Positions 37,460 through 49,671 of a stretch of DNA of 64,000 bases are shown one piece after another. Source of the DNA: the human T2T-CHM13v2.0 reference genome, Homo sapiens. The notes under the pieces are model-generated. The model saw nothing but the letters and a program-made list of their open reading frames with translations. It did no database searches and had not been told where the DNA came from. The stretch lies in the NCBI RefSeq assembly GCF_009914755.1, contig NC_060942.1. The stretch is one strand, 5' to 3'. Position 1 is the first letter of the stretch; each line of letters begins with the position of its first letter. The translations under genes and the position numbers were made by a program.

Positions 37460-39691
37460 TATAATATATGTACTTCCAATAATTGAGAACAATACTTAGA
37501 GCATGATAGCATTGTGTGGGCTTTTAGCCTTCATTTAACTTTTCTACTTTATTTAACTGGTATTACTAGAAAATACTTTTACAATCTTTGTCTAATTAAT
37601 AGTCTTAAAAATATAATGGTGGATTCCACTGGATATTCTAAATAATTTTCTGCTTGTTCTCTGCCTATATCAAGTCTACAGCAACAAAAACAGCCATGCA
37701 ACTCCCCCTGCATATTAAATTAACATTAATTTTAGGAATTGAATAGATCTAGTGAATGATTAATATGTGCTAACCGACTTACCATTTTAGGGCAATATTT
37801 GCACATGGCTAAACAAATAGATCTTTGCAGAAGATAATGAGATACGTGTCTGTTCTTTGCTTTCTACATTTATTTGGATCACTGTACAATCATTAAGCTG
37901 AAGTCTATCTTAAAGAGGAGAGAGGGCTGCTGGCAGGAAGCCACTTTGGCAGGCTCTTCTATGTTGTGGTCTGTTTGGTTCATCCACAGAGACATGGATT
38001 AATATAGAATTATAAGAAATCCTATTGAGTAAAGGCCTACTGGATGAGAAAAGGGAAAATTAATTTAAGCCTCTTTACTCCTTCAACATAACCTTTTAAA
38101 ATACTAGGTTACAGCATGTTCATTTCACTTGTGATTCTGATGTAAGATACTAATGGAAATGACATTTGAAAAGGGACTGATGTGTGTATAAACTGTCACT
38201 GGCAGGTCCTAAAAGTACCTTTTCATGTGCGCATTCAGTATGATGACATTTTCCAGGTTATGGGAGTAGATTAGAAGTTATGAAATTCAAAGCCTATAAA
38301 GGCATGTTCAATCTCTATCTCTTAGAGGGTAAAGAGTTCTGAAATCTTGATTTATGGAATAAAACATTAACCCAGGACATTGTTAAGGATATCATAATTT
38401 TTTGTCTATTGTTTTAATCTGAGGATGGAGGCTTAGAAACATTTTTGTTTTTTCTTAGCCTGTATGAAATCCACTGCGATGCAACCCTGGGATAGTGAAT
38501 TGGATTCCTTTAGCTCGTGTACCCAACATCTTGGTCAGTCATAGATGAGGGTCCATCTGACCTAATAGTAATACTAATACAATGCATATGCGAGAGTGCA
38601 GAATGTTCAAAGCTCTTCCATCTATATCAACTATTTTCTCCTCTCACACAATTCTATAACTGGTCTCATTTTGTAGTTAAGTCGACAGGGGATGAGAGAT
38701 TTAAGTGACTTCTACAACATTATAGAGTCAGAGATGGAGCTGGGAGATGCATTAAGGCCTTTGAAATCTACTCTTACCCATATGTTTCCTAGTAGTGTCA
38801 GCTGTTGACCATCAAATGTATGTGTAGCTTATATTGTTCTCAGAAATTTTTTTAAAAAAAAGGAAAAGAGAAAAGAAAAAGGAGGAAAAAAAGAGAAGAA
38901 AAGAAAAGAAAGAAACAACTTTTGGAGTTTTGGCAGAAATATTTCTAGTGCCCTAAAATGAAGACAAGGCCTCAGATTCCAAGGGCACAGATGTGTGGCA
39001 TGCAGTGAAGTGGCCACTAGCCAGACAGCCAAATCCCCATCCAGGGAATGCTCGGCGCTGGTGCCAGAGGAATAGAGTGGGGGAGGGGCAATAAATGACC
39101 AGTGTGCCCAATAAGATGAAAAGGCCAAAATGTTGCTTGCTCAGCTTAGCTTACTATTTTAACCAAAAGTTTGGAAGCCATAGCTAATGAAGGTATCCAA
39201 AAAACGTTTGAATAGTTGCTATATGCAATAGCCTGGAAAATGAGAATGCAAAGACAAACAGAAGGAATGATACTGTGGGTCTATGTGTCCTTCGTGCTGC
39301 AATGAGAATAACTCAGCTCACTGGAAACTTCCAGGGAAGATGGCAACTTTTCAGGAGTGATTGTTTTGAGATTCTTTTCCCAAGTGTTTCTATATTTTAA
39401 CAGGTTTAACAATTTTAGTCATGAATGAGAAATCAAGCAACAGAAATCTAGTGTAGAAAAATCACAATTAATATTTTTAAAGACTTAATATGTCCTCTAT
39501 TGGCTTAGTAGTAGCTTGTGTTTAATTAACTCAAAAAGACTTTAGACTTGGCCATGAAAAAAACTTGTATCTTTTCCACTTACTGCTCACTGCTAATTCA
39601 TTTCTCTTTCTCTTTTCTTTATTGATATATATGGTTGGGGACGTTAAGGGCAGGAGAGGAATGAAAGGGCCTGTAATGTAAATGTGAAAGG

Positions 39692-39826
39692 TACATTTTA
39701 TGTGCTTTATTCATGATAAAAAGAACAAATGAAAAGAGCAAGTTTTCATTTGTCATGAATAAAGCATATAAATGTATCATGAATAAAGCACATTTCATTT
39801 ATCATGAATAAAACACATAAAATGTA
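39692..39826. repeat. Nested inverted/direct repeat (fold-back) cluster
   Basis: 39692-39720 is the reverse complement of 39798-39826 (28/29); two more partial copies lie between. Confidence 0.92.
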
Positions 39827-39917
39827 AAAAATCAATTTTTTGTAATGAAGCATTGTTAAACGCCATGAATAGTTGAGAATGTTCAAGTCATTAATGACAA
39901 AACATATCTTTAGTTGG

Positions 39918-40334
39918 TGTATTAGGCTGTTCTTGCATTGCTATAAATACATAACTGAGACTGAGTAATTTATAAAGAAAAGAGGTTGAATAGGTTCATG
40001 GTTCTGCAGGCTGTATAGGAAGCACAATGACTTCTGTTTCTGGGGAAGCCTCAGGAAGCTTCCAATCACAATGGAAGGCAAATAGGGAGCAAGCACATTA
40101 CATGGTGAGAACAGGAGCAAGAGAGAAAGAGAGTGGGGGTGGGGGCGGGGGAGAGGTGCCACATAATTCTAAACAACCAGACCTCACAAGAACTCACTCA
40201 CTATCACAAGGACACCACCAAGGGGATGGTGATAAAACATTTATGAGAAATCCATCCGCATGATCCAAACACCTCCAACCAGGCTCCACCTCCAACAATT
40301 AGATATGAGATTTGGGCAGATCCAAGTCATATCA
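39918..40334 (-). mobile_element. MSTA/MSTB-like solo LTR
   Basis: TGTATTAGGCTGTTCTTGCATTGCTATAAA...CATATCA, 417 bp; perfect TSD GTTGG at 39913-39917 and 40335-40339. Confidence 0.93.
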
Positions 40335-41204
40335 GTTGGCAAAAGTATTTGGAATATATCTGTGCATATGTACCTATAATCTGTATATCTACATATCTAT
40401 GTATCTATCTATTTATATGTGTAGATTGCTATATCTACCTATTTTTCTGTCTAATGGGTGGTTACAATGGATATTATCCATTATTTTCACTCTCAGGCAA
40501 AAACTAGATTTTATGCATATATTTTATACAGAAGTACTAGAATATCGTCTGCTAGATTTGCTGAATTTGTAAGTACTGTTTTCCGTGAAGATAGTTGTCT
40601 GCCTAACAGGAGGTGGAAAGAACTGGATGCTTTCTACTTCCTAACCCACCCCTGGTAGAAGGATGATGTCAGAGAATGCTTTGGGGACCACAGTGAGAGG
40701 ATGCTTTGGAGAACTGAGTGTGGGTCCCTGGGTCCAGGAGATAGAAACCAGCATCAATCTATTCAGGTGTCTGAATATAACTTACAATTCTGGCAGGATA
40801 TAGGCTCGGGAGTACATAGAAGAAAAGGCAGAGCCTTCACTATGAACCCAACTAAAGGTGGCCACCAGGTAGGACTAAGCAAGTCCGAGTCGGGGGCTGC
40901 ATGTTGATATGCACATGGAGCACAGGCTGAGTAGCAGGATGTTTGCTGTGGAGGGAATGCCTCAGAAAACTGCAGGACGGTGATGTTCAGAGGAGAGGTT
41001 GTCAAGGAGCCTGGGAGGCACCAACAGGAGATAGTCAGCTGGAGGAACTGACCCCCAAGAGCAGTGACATTTGACTGCTCCAGTGTCAATGTACAAGTGA
41101 GGTAGGTTGTGCCCCCTTTCCCTCCCAGCCCACCTCTCCTGCAGCTCATTGAGTGGGTAAGAAATAGAAAAGTAATGAGGAAAAAAAAAGTAACAAACAT
41201 GCAA

Positions 41205-41376
41205 ACACACACACACACAACACACACACACACACACAAACAGCCCAGGCAGGCTGACCCAAGTAGTGGCTAAGGCTGGAACTTGTAAGTGCATTTCTGC
41301 GTGTGTGTGTGTGTATGTGTGTGTGTGTGTTTATGTGTGTATGTGTGTGGGTATCTAGAATGTGTGTGTGTGTGTG
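41205..41376. repeat. (CA)n tract (41205-41238) and (TG)n tract (41299-41376) in inverted arrangement
   Basis: Direct reading. Confidence 0.92.
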
Positions 41377-44300
41377 CATGTAGAATCTTTGAAATGGATG
41401 TAAGATTAAAGTTTAGATTTGAAGTTTGACCTTGGCTAACTTCAATGCCATTTGAGAAACCTCAGCAAACATTACCAACTATAAAATTTATGTTGTGACA
41501 CATACATATCACTTGCTTATGAATAAGCCATCTAGATACTTATGCTTATTTGTGCTCTGAATATATATCATAAGAAATATGTGCATAAAACAAATTTTCA
41601 TGCAATAAAATTGTGCGGCTTTTTTTGTAACTTGTTGATATTTATGATTAATGCTTGCCCATAAATGTCTACATTTAAAATGTAGTGAGAATTTTCAAAT
41701 TGCATTCCTTTTTTTAAATTGCTAAAAACCCATTTGATGAAATTTGCTTAGTAATTACCAAAGAATTTTTATTCAACTGTAATACTGATATACTAATATA
41801 CTGACTTTTAAACAAGTTTTGCTGCTTGGCATTTGTACTTTCATAGTATATATAAGTTTTAAACAAATCTCTCATCTATGCCATTTCTAGTTTGAAATAT
41901 TTCCCACTATATTAAATATGATTTTTATGTTTCTTAAATATAATGTTTAGTGGTTTTATCCTTTGACCATAATGGCTATTAGATTTTTTTAAAGGTAGAA
42001 TAATAATTTTTAAATCATTTTTCACTAAACTAAACTAATGAGCAATTAGGATGTGAATTTTAGAGCTAGCTGGATAATGGACATGACTAATCAGGGAAGA
42101 CAGAAGAAAATCAAAGGCTTCAAAATACACACACAATCTCTTCACCATTATGCAACTATTCATTCATAGGTATCCCATCAATGAATCATGAGGCAAGAGT
42201 TATTCCAGAAATGAGGAAAAAAATATATGTCAAGACCATTGCCTACAGTCAAAGCTTGTATTTTCCTCATTAACCAAAGTTTGTTTGAATTCAAAGCTCA
42301 TTCACTTATTAATCATTATTTCCTGGGGAGAAATATGGAATGAATTTGATTTTCATCTACATTTGATTAATGTTTCCTAGTAAAACCACATTTTGCTAAA
42401 TTCAAAATGTATCATGTGAAACTTCTTGGCTTTCTTTGATCCTTTTTATCTACCTCAATGATGTCATTAACATATTTTACAACTTAATTTTTTTTATAGA
42501 GGGAAACATATGCCAAAGGAGCATGCATGCAAGTCCATATTACATCCATATTACACCCCCTTGCACCTTATTTTCAGTCTGAGTAGTTCTGATTCCTTTG
42601 TCTACTGACAGAGTGTGGACAGTACCTCTAAGATTTCATTTTAGGCAATGTGTCTGCTCTCTGAGAAACAGGACAGCTTGAAGCACTACACTAGAAGCAG
42701 GCGGAAGTGCTATTAGACAGGCACTGGCTGCTGATTGCCAAGAATCACCAGGGGCAGGGGATGAGACATGTGGAATTGACAGATGGTGAGAGATTATTGT
42801 TGTTCTGCAAAGCAAGATGTCAAAAGATATTCCTAGCTGTTTGCCAGATGACAGACCCGTTGGGGATATTTTGTGTGAAATGATTATTCTCAGTCACATT
42901 CAGAACTTTAAGCAATGATGTCAGCATTATCCTAGAGATTAAGAAAAAAAAAGAAAAAAGGAAAGAAAAGAAAAGGGCATGCAGAAGCAGACACCCAGTC
43001 TGTCTTCTAGAGAGCCATAAAATGTTTTCTTATTTCCTGGCTACATATAGTTCTTTTTAATGATTTGCATTCAATGATCTGGAAAGTGTCAACCCATATA
43101 CATTGTGTCTGAATTGAAAACCCTGAGGTACACTGCTAAAAGATGGACTTTGGAGTTCTACTTTGCTGGTTTCTCCAAACAAGCAAACAAATCAACAATA
43201 ACAACAACAACAAAAACAAACAAACGACAACAACAAAAAACACCTTCTTCTCAAAAACTACCTGCTTTAAAATGACTATGCCATGGAATAAACTCTACCC
43301 GACTTTTCTACATGCTTTTTTCTTTCTTTTTTCTTTTCTTTCTTTCTTTCTTTTTTAATATTTAGGGTACTGCTGTCATCATTGCTTAAGAACTTGTGTG
43401 TAAATGCACAAAAAGAGACTTTCAAACAGATCGATGTTAGCAGCTCAACATAGGAATCAGCTGCACTAATTAGAGTGGCTCTTTCTTATGTAGCTGACTC
43501 CACGATAATCAATTGTGAAAGCAATTAGGAATAGATTCCAAGTGTCTGCACAAAGGTTTGTGGTGTGACTAACAGGTAGCTGAATGTGTCCTATAAGTAA
43601 ACGGATATAAATTAAAGACTAACATAACCTAAGATACTATATGAAAAGGCCAAGGAATTATACAGAAAGTTAAGAAGACATTAGTATGTGTGGGTGGAAG
43701 CTTAATGGAAATGAAAATCACATCTTGGATTAAAGAGTGATTTCTAAGTGCACCATAAGAACCTTCATTTAACAATTTTCATAACTGCTATCAAGATGTA
43801 ATAATGTTCAAACTTCTCAATGTGTATCATTCTTAGACCTTGGTGTGCTTAGCAAATATGTGTTGCATGCCTGCTTTTTCACAGGAAAGCAGAATGGGCT
43901 GCTCAGATACTTACCTCTACTCTAACTTACTACTAGCGTCCTGTACCCGCAGGTCCCTCATAGTAATAGTTCCTTTCTCTATGATTACTACAGATAACCA
44001 CCACTTATTGAATTAACTTGAGTATTCGATAACATCATAATTTTAGTAGCATTAGATATATATAATACTCTGGTCAACAAACCTAAGATACAAAGACTTC
44101 ATTTAAGTGTTATAGTTGTCTTTTCCCTTTTTCCCCCACTCTAAGTCCTAGACTAAAGATTTGTGTTCCATTTGTTGATACAGAAGCTATATCTGGCTTG
44201 AAAAAATGGCACAATTTCTTTACGTAAAGCCCAAGTACGTCACTACTTACACACTGCTTCTTTCTAACATCTAGGAGAAGCCAAATCATAATGTTTACAT

Positions 44301-44963
44301 AAACCTGTTGATTTACTTCAAAAGACCCACAAAAAGAAATGTGACAAAATTTGAACAGCAATACTACTATTTAGGTATTTTTTCCATGAAAATTGAACTA
44401 AGTTATTTATCCCAAAAATATTCCCCAAAGAAAGCACAGCGTTTTTTTATTATGGAAACTTGAGAATTTTCCATAAAAGATTTTAAAGTCCATGTAGAGT
44501 TTAAAAGGTATATTACAGTATATTACTTATCAAAAATTGCCAATAAACCTGTTTTAAAATTCCAGTGCTGCACCCAAAAGCCCTGTGTAACACCCTTAAT
44601 TGCCTTACAACTCCTCTATAATTCTGGATGGGAAATAAAGGCAATGGCGTAACAGGAAAGTGAAAAATTCATTCCTTCATGTTATAATCCATAAGTATAA
44701 GTTCACAATTAAATCAACACAATTTGTTGTTTGATTTCATTGGGGAAAATTGGACTCAAACTGCTTTTATCATATGCTGTACCTTCAATTTGGCAGTTTG
44801 CTATTCAGCAAAATGTCTCCATTTGGGAAAATTATGTGCTAAATGACACACTTGTAATTTCTGCATTAATATGATCCCAGGATTTAAATTCAAATACAGT
44901 GTAAGACCTAGTTTTCATGGAAAATACATCTTATTTGGATTTAATAGAAAATAAATAGAACCT

Positions 44964-45210
44964 ACAACACAATCTTCAATAATCTTCTGTTCTAAAATAT
45001 TAATAAATCACTGTTAATCAATATTTTTTAATATTTCCTGAAGTGTAACCAAGTAATAGTATACTTTTGTGCTCACAAATTATTATTATCCACAACACAT
45101 TCAATAGTTTTCTATTCTAAAATATTAATAAATCACTGTTAATCAATATTTTTTTAATATTTCCTGAAATGTAACCAAATACTAGTATAATTTTGTGCTC
45201 ACAAATTATT
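44964..45210 (+). repeat. Tandem duplication, unit about 126 bp, two copies
   Basis: TTCTAAAATATTAATAAATCACTGTTAATCAATATTTTT...TTTTGTGCTCACAAATTATT occurs at ~44990-45084 and ~45115-45210. Confidence 0.93.
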
Positions 45211-45809
45211 TAGGGTCATGAGAAATGTGTAGATATTTGAGCTGCAATCCATTCTTATCATTGTTTTCTCTTTACTAAATTTAAGTGTATGAGTGTGTGT
45301 ATTTGCATTTCAAGTTGGTGACAAAAAAAGAAAATAAAAACATATAGTTTCTTTCATGGTTACAAATAACAGATTTAATTCATCTTATGTGGATATACTG
45401 TACACTCATGGTCTTAATCTTCCAACAGATCATCTATGTAATGTTTTCAAGGGCAAGTAATAAATAATACTCAAAATAGAATAAGTTTTGGAATTTCAAC
45501 AAAAGAAATAAAATAAAAAAACCAAAGTAGGAAAACTTTATCCTTTTTTCTTGCTTTTTTCTTTGTTTATCCACTTATAATAGGTCTTTAAAAACATCCT
45601 GTTTTATTTTCGTCTTTTCTACTGTTGCCTGCTGTCTGGTCTCTCTCCACAAAGTAGACTGTGGAATGGAATGCTGTTTCCCTATTCCCTACTTCCTAGT
45701 TGCCCTAAAGGAAAACTACCTAGTCTCTTTTTATTGTAAGGTTTTACTGCTCAATATCATGGGGAAACACATAAAAAATAAAAATATTTTAAATAAGGTT
45801 AAACATGCT

Positions 45810-46085
45810 CATAGTATATGCCTGAGAGCTAAGTCAGATTGACAAGATTATTGTTTTGGTTTCACCACTTATTATTAGCTTAGTCAAGATATTTAACTGC
45901 TTCTTTTTCTCTTCACTATGACCTTAGTCAAGATATTTAACTGCTTCTTTTTCTCTTCACTATGAAGAGGATAATGGATCCCTACCTCACTTGGCATTAT
46001 AATGATTGAATGAAGTACCTGTAGAATGCTTAATATGGTGCCTGACATATAGTAGTGATTCAATGCTCATTAGCTCATTAGTTAT
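45810..46085 (+). mobile_element. MIR containing a perfect 43-bp internal duplication
   Basis: MIR core (CCACTTA...TGACCTTAGTCAAG...GATAATGGATCCTACCTCA...GTGCCTGACATATAGTAG); 45879-45921 equals 45923-45965. Confidence 0.85.
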
Positions 46086-46482
46086 CTACATCCTTGAAAT
46101 ATCTACACTTCCCCTCTTTTTTTTTCTTCCTGACTTCTATTGTCGATCCTTCATTTGTATTTCAGGAAAATGAATAAATAAATGAATTCCTTCTTATCCT
46201 TATTTACCACCCTTCATTATTTTCTTAGGTGAAGGCAAAGACAGGAACGAGTGTTCCCTTGCCTAATGGGAGCATGATAATCTTTAAGAAATCCTCAGAT
46301 TTCATGACATGTATTCCCCTAAAATTCAGATCCTGCAAATAATTATTTCTGTAATGAATTATTGCAAGTAAAATAATTAGATCAGTGGCCATAGTAGTGC
46401 TCATTTAATGTCATCTATTACTATTTGCTATCATTACTATATATTTTTGCTATTATTACTGACATTATTATTCTTTAGAGGA

Positions 46483-46858
46483 TGATATGCTTTGGTTGTG
46501 TTCCCACCCAAATCTCATCTTGACTTGTAACCCCCACAATTCCCACATGTCCTGGAAGGAACCCGGTGGGAGGTGATTGACTTATGGGGGCGGGTCTTTC
46601 CTGCACTGTTCTCCTGATAGTAAATGAGTCTCACAAAATCTGATGGTTTTTGAAAATGGGAGTTTCCTTGCACAAGCTCTCTCTCTTTTTTGCTTGCTGC
46701 CATCCACGTAAGATGTGACTTGATCCTCCTTGCCTTCCACCATAATTGTGAGGCTTCCCCAGTCACGTGGAACTGTAAGTCCAATTAAACCTTTTTCTTT
46801 TGTAAGTTGCCTAGTCTTGGGTGTGTCTTTATCAGCAGCATGAAAATAGACAAATACA
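46483..46858 (+). mobile_element. THE1 (THE1B/C-like) solo LTR
   Basis: TGATATGCTTTGGTTGTGTTCCCACCCAAATCTCATCTTG...ATTAAACC...AAATACA, 376 bp; TSD imperfect (GAGGA/AGGGA). Confidence 0.94.
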
Positions 46859-47914
46859 AGGGACATTACTTTACAACTGTTGAAACTGCAGTGAGCAGTT
46901 TAATTTTAAATTTTGCTTAGTACATATTGGATTCTCTTGAAGTAATTCATAGCTCTTGAGCATATGTAGCTCCAGACACTCTGCTTCTTCTGTACGTGTA
47001 AGGGTCCCTTATCATCTCTGTTAACTTATGTTTTCACCCCCGAGGGTGCATGATGATAGGTTGCTAAAAATAATAGCAATACCAATAACTTCTCAATGTA
47101 CAGACACTGTCCCCCTTATGCTGAGAAGAGATAATAGTAGGGGAAGCTTTTCAGCAGCATACTCAATATATAATTAAGCCTAGATTGGGAAAAATAATTT
47201 TTACTCTTGACGAATTGTGTAATATGCTGAGCTATATGATACATCAGGGATATGAGGTGGTGGGCCGTATAACTAAATCCATAATTATACTATAATCGTG
47301 CCTCAAAACAAGGTTTTACTGTAATATTGTTATTCTATTTTTTAACATAATAAAATGAGATGAAAACTGTGTGTCAAAGAATTACTCATTTAGCAAGCAA
47401 GCTTTTTCTAATCAATTGTCCATTGTTTAATAATTGTCCATTGTGTTTGTTTCTTCTTTTATTGTTAAAAAGAAAACAGTCACAGAGGCTAGCCATTTAT
47501 GTCTACTAAAAGCAGACATGCTCATACAGAAGATGACTTTTTGAGTATTCAGGGTAAAGATTTCATTAAAAGGTAGCGTGATAGAAATGTACTGTATTGC
47601 AGTGAAATTCCAGGATAGTAGAAACCACTAGTTGTCTGGAAAGATCTGTTTAACTTATTTTTGTGAGCCTTGCATTGGACAGAATTCAAGCAAGGAATTT
47701 TATTAGGAGGTAGCATAGGGTGGAGAAAAGCAAAAGAGGAGGAGTGACTAAAAAGGAGAAGCCAAGAAAAAGATTCTGTTGGGCAGTATGGAGTTCATGA
47801 GTTCTTCCCTGGGGGTTGTTATCAGTCTTGCTAAAGCTTTCTGGATGAGCCAAATAAATTATCATTGCCTTATATATAGCAATAGAATGAGTAATGGCGA
47901 TTAGGCTTTCCTGA

Positions 47915-49260
47915 CATTCATGCATTCACCTAACAAGTACTCACTGAGTATCCTTTTTTGTTTTTTGGAGACGAAGTCTCGCTCTGTCACCAGGCTGGAG
48001 CACAGTGGCATGACTCGGCTCATTGCAACATCAGACTCCCAGGTTCAAGTGATTCTCCTGCCTCAGCCTCCTGAGTAGCTGAGATTACAGGCGCGTGCCA
48101 CCACGTCCAGCTAATTTTTGTATTTTCAGTAGAGATGGGGTTTCACCATGTTGACCAGGATGGTCTCGATCTCTTGACCTTGTGATCCACCCACCTCAGC
48201 CTCCCAAAGTGCAAGGATTACAGGTGTGAGCCACTGCACCCAGCCTCATTGAGTGTCTCGTATGTGTTAGGCATTGTTCTAGGTTCTGGAGGTATAGTAG
48301 TAAACAAAATTCACAAACATACCTGTCTTCCTGTAGTTTTCTTTCTGTTATGGGCTAGGGGAGATGTATATTAAAATCCACTAGATGGTTGTAAGTGCTA
48401 TAGAAACAAAGCAGGAAAAGAAGATAAGGAATGCTAGAAAATGGGAAAACTTGAGTAGTAAGTCAAATAAGTCTTCTCTAAGCAGGTGACATTTGAGTCC
48501 AGTCCTGAAAGAAACGAGGAAATGAGCCATGGAAATAATTATGGGAAGAATGTTTCAAGGCAAAAGAAAACAGCAAGTTCAAAAGCCTGGGTTGGAAGCA
48601 AACCTGGCATGGTTAAGAAATGGTTCACAAGCCAGTGTGTTTCTAGAATGAGCAAAGGGAGGAGTAGTAAGAGGTAGGCTGAGCAGAAGAAAAAGGATAT
48701 CCAAGTTAACAGAATACAATTTTCTCATTGTATTTCAATCAAAATCTAATTATATTGAGAGCAGTTGAGTTACAGAGTATCCTGCCTCTTTTCATTTCTC
48801 TCATCTTAACTTTGCTTGATGGATACTTGATAATGTTACTTAGTCATCTATCTCAAGAGTAAATCATCTATGGCATTGAAGGCCATTGTAAGGCAGCCAA
48901 TGGAGGCTTAGAAGAGAGGAAAGCCATGATCTGAATTAGGTTTTTTGAGGATCACACTGGGTGGCTATGCCAAAAGTAGATGGCACAGGATGGAAGTAAA
49001 GGCCAGCCAAGAAACTATGGAAATAATCTAAGTGAGAGGTGATGGAGACTTGGATCACAATGGTAACAACAGTGCAGGTGGTGAGAAGGAACTGGTTCCA
49101 TAAATATCTATTTTGAAGGTAGAACCTGAGAAACAGAGAGGATAGAGATGTTGATGATTGAAATGGGAAAGTCTGCAGGAGGAAAATATTATGGTTGGGA
49201 AAAAATGGAAATCAGTTTTGGACATGTGAAATTTGAAATACCTATTATTAGGCTACCAGC
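47915..49260 (-). mobile_element. L2 fragment interrupted by an Alu and a short unique insert
   Basis: CATTCATGCATTCACCTAACAAGTACTCACTGAG 3' end; GGTGACATTTGAG; CAGTTTTGGACATGTGAAATTTGAAATACCT. Confidence 0.78.
47953..48245 (-). mobile_element. AluSc-like, full length
   Basis: CTCTGTCACCAGGCTGG and GGATGGTCTCGATCTCTTGACC diagnostics; degenerate TSD TCACTGAGTATC / TCATTGAGTGTC. Confidence 0.92.
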
Positions 49261-49628
49261 ATTTATGAAAGTGAATATGCTATTGATTGATGTGTAATTG
49301 CCACAACATTGCAGCTGATTTGTACCACTCAGTTACTCATTCAACAGATATTTGTTAAAAGTTTATTACATGAGTGACACCATGGTTGGCACGGGGTATG
49401 TCTCAAGAGCAATACAGATACTTTTATGCCCTCTCTAGTTCCATTCGTCAAAATCAATATCAAAGACATAATTAGAGGAGCAATGAAAATATATTCACAG
49501 TGTCATTCGTTGTAGCTTGATGTTTAGTAGGTTTGAATGACATATATTATTCAACTTGATTAACATATATTGTAGTAACTGAGTAACATGTAGAAAGGGG
49601 TCACCATCCACTCCTAGACCTGTTTCTG

Positions 49629-49671
49629 ATATCTTGCATTTACATATATCTTGCATTTACATATATCTTGC
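49629..49671 (+). repeat. 17-bp tandem repeat (ATATCTTGCATTTACAT), about 2.5 copies
   Basis: Direct reading, perfect copies. Confidence 0.9.

Noticed and set aside
39001-39030. TGCAGTGAAGTGGCCACTAGCCAGAC as a CTCF site
   Set aside because: The 3' half lacks the required G-rich GGGC/TGGC core.
41098-41111. TGAGGTAGGTTGTG resembles let-7
   Set aside because: Three nucleotides are missing relative to let-7 and there is no complementary arm to form a precursor hairpin; likely chance.
40763-41379. 158, 110 and 77 aa minus-strand ORFs
   Set aside because: They start in or run through (CA)/(TG) microsatellites (CVCVCV, HTHTH); no homology recognised.
42640-42930. ETS-like GCGGAAGTG and two CAGATG E-boxes as an enhancer
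   Set aside because: Short motifs at chance frequency; no support from sequence alone.
43909-43917. Strong minus-strand donor GAG|GTAAGT (a weaker CAG|GTACTG also near 63885)
   Set aside because: Isolated donors of this quality occur by chance in 64 kb, and I could not attach a convincing acceptor or reading frame.
44964-49671. Short direct repeats as a CRISPR-like or other prokaryotic array
   Set aside because: Only two to three adjacent copies without unique spacers, no cas genes, and the context is clearly primate DNA.
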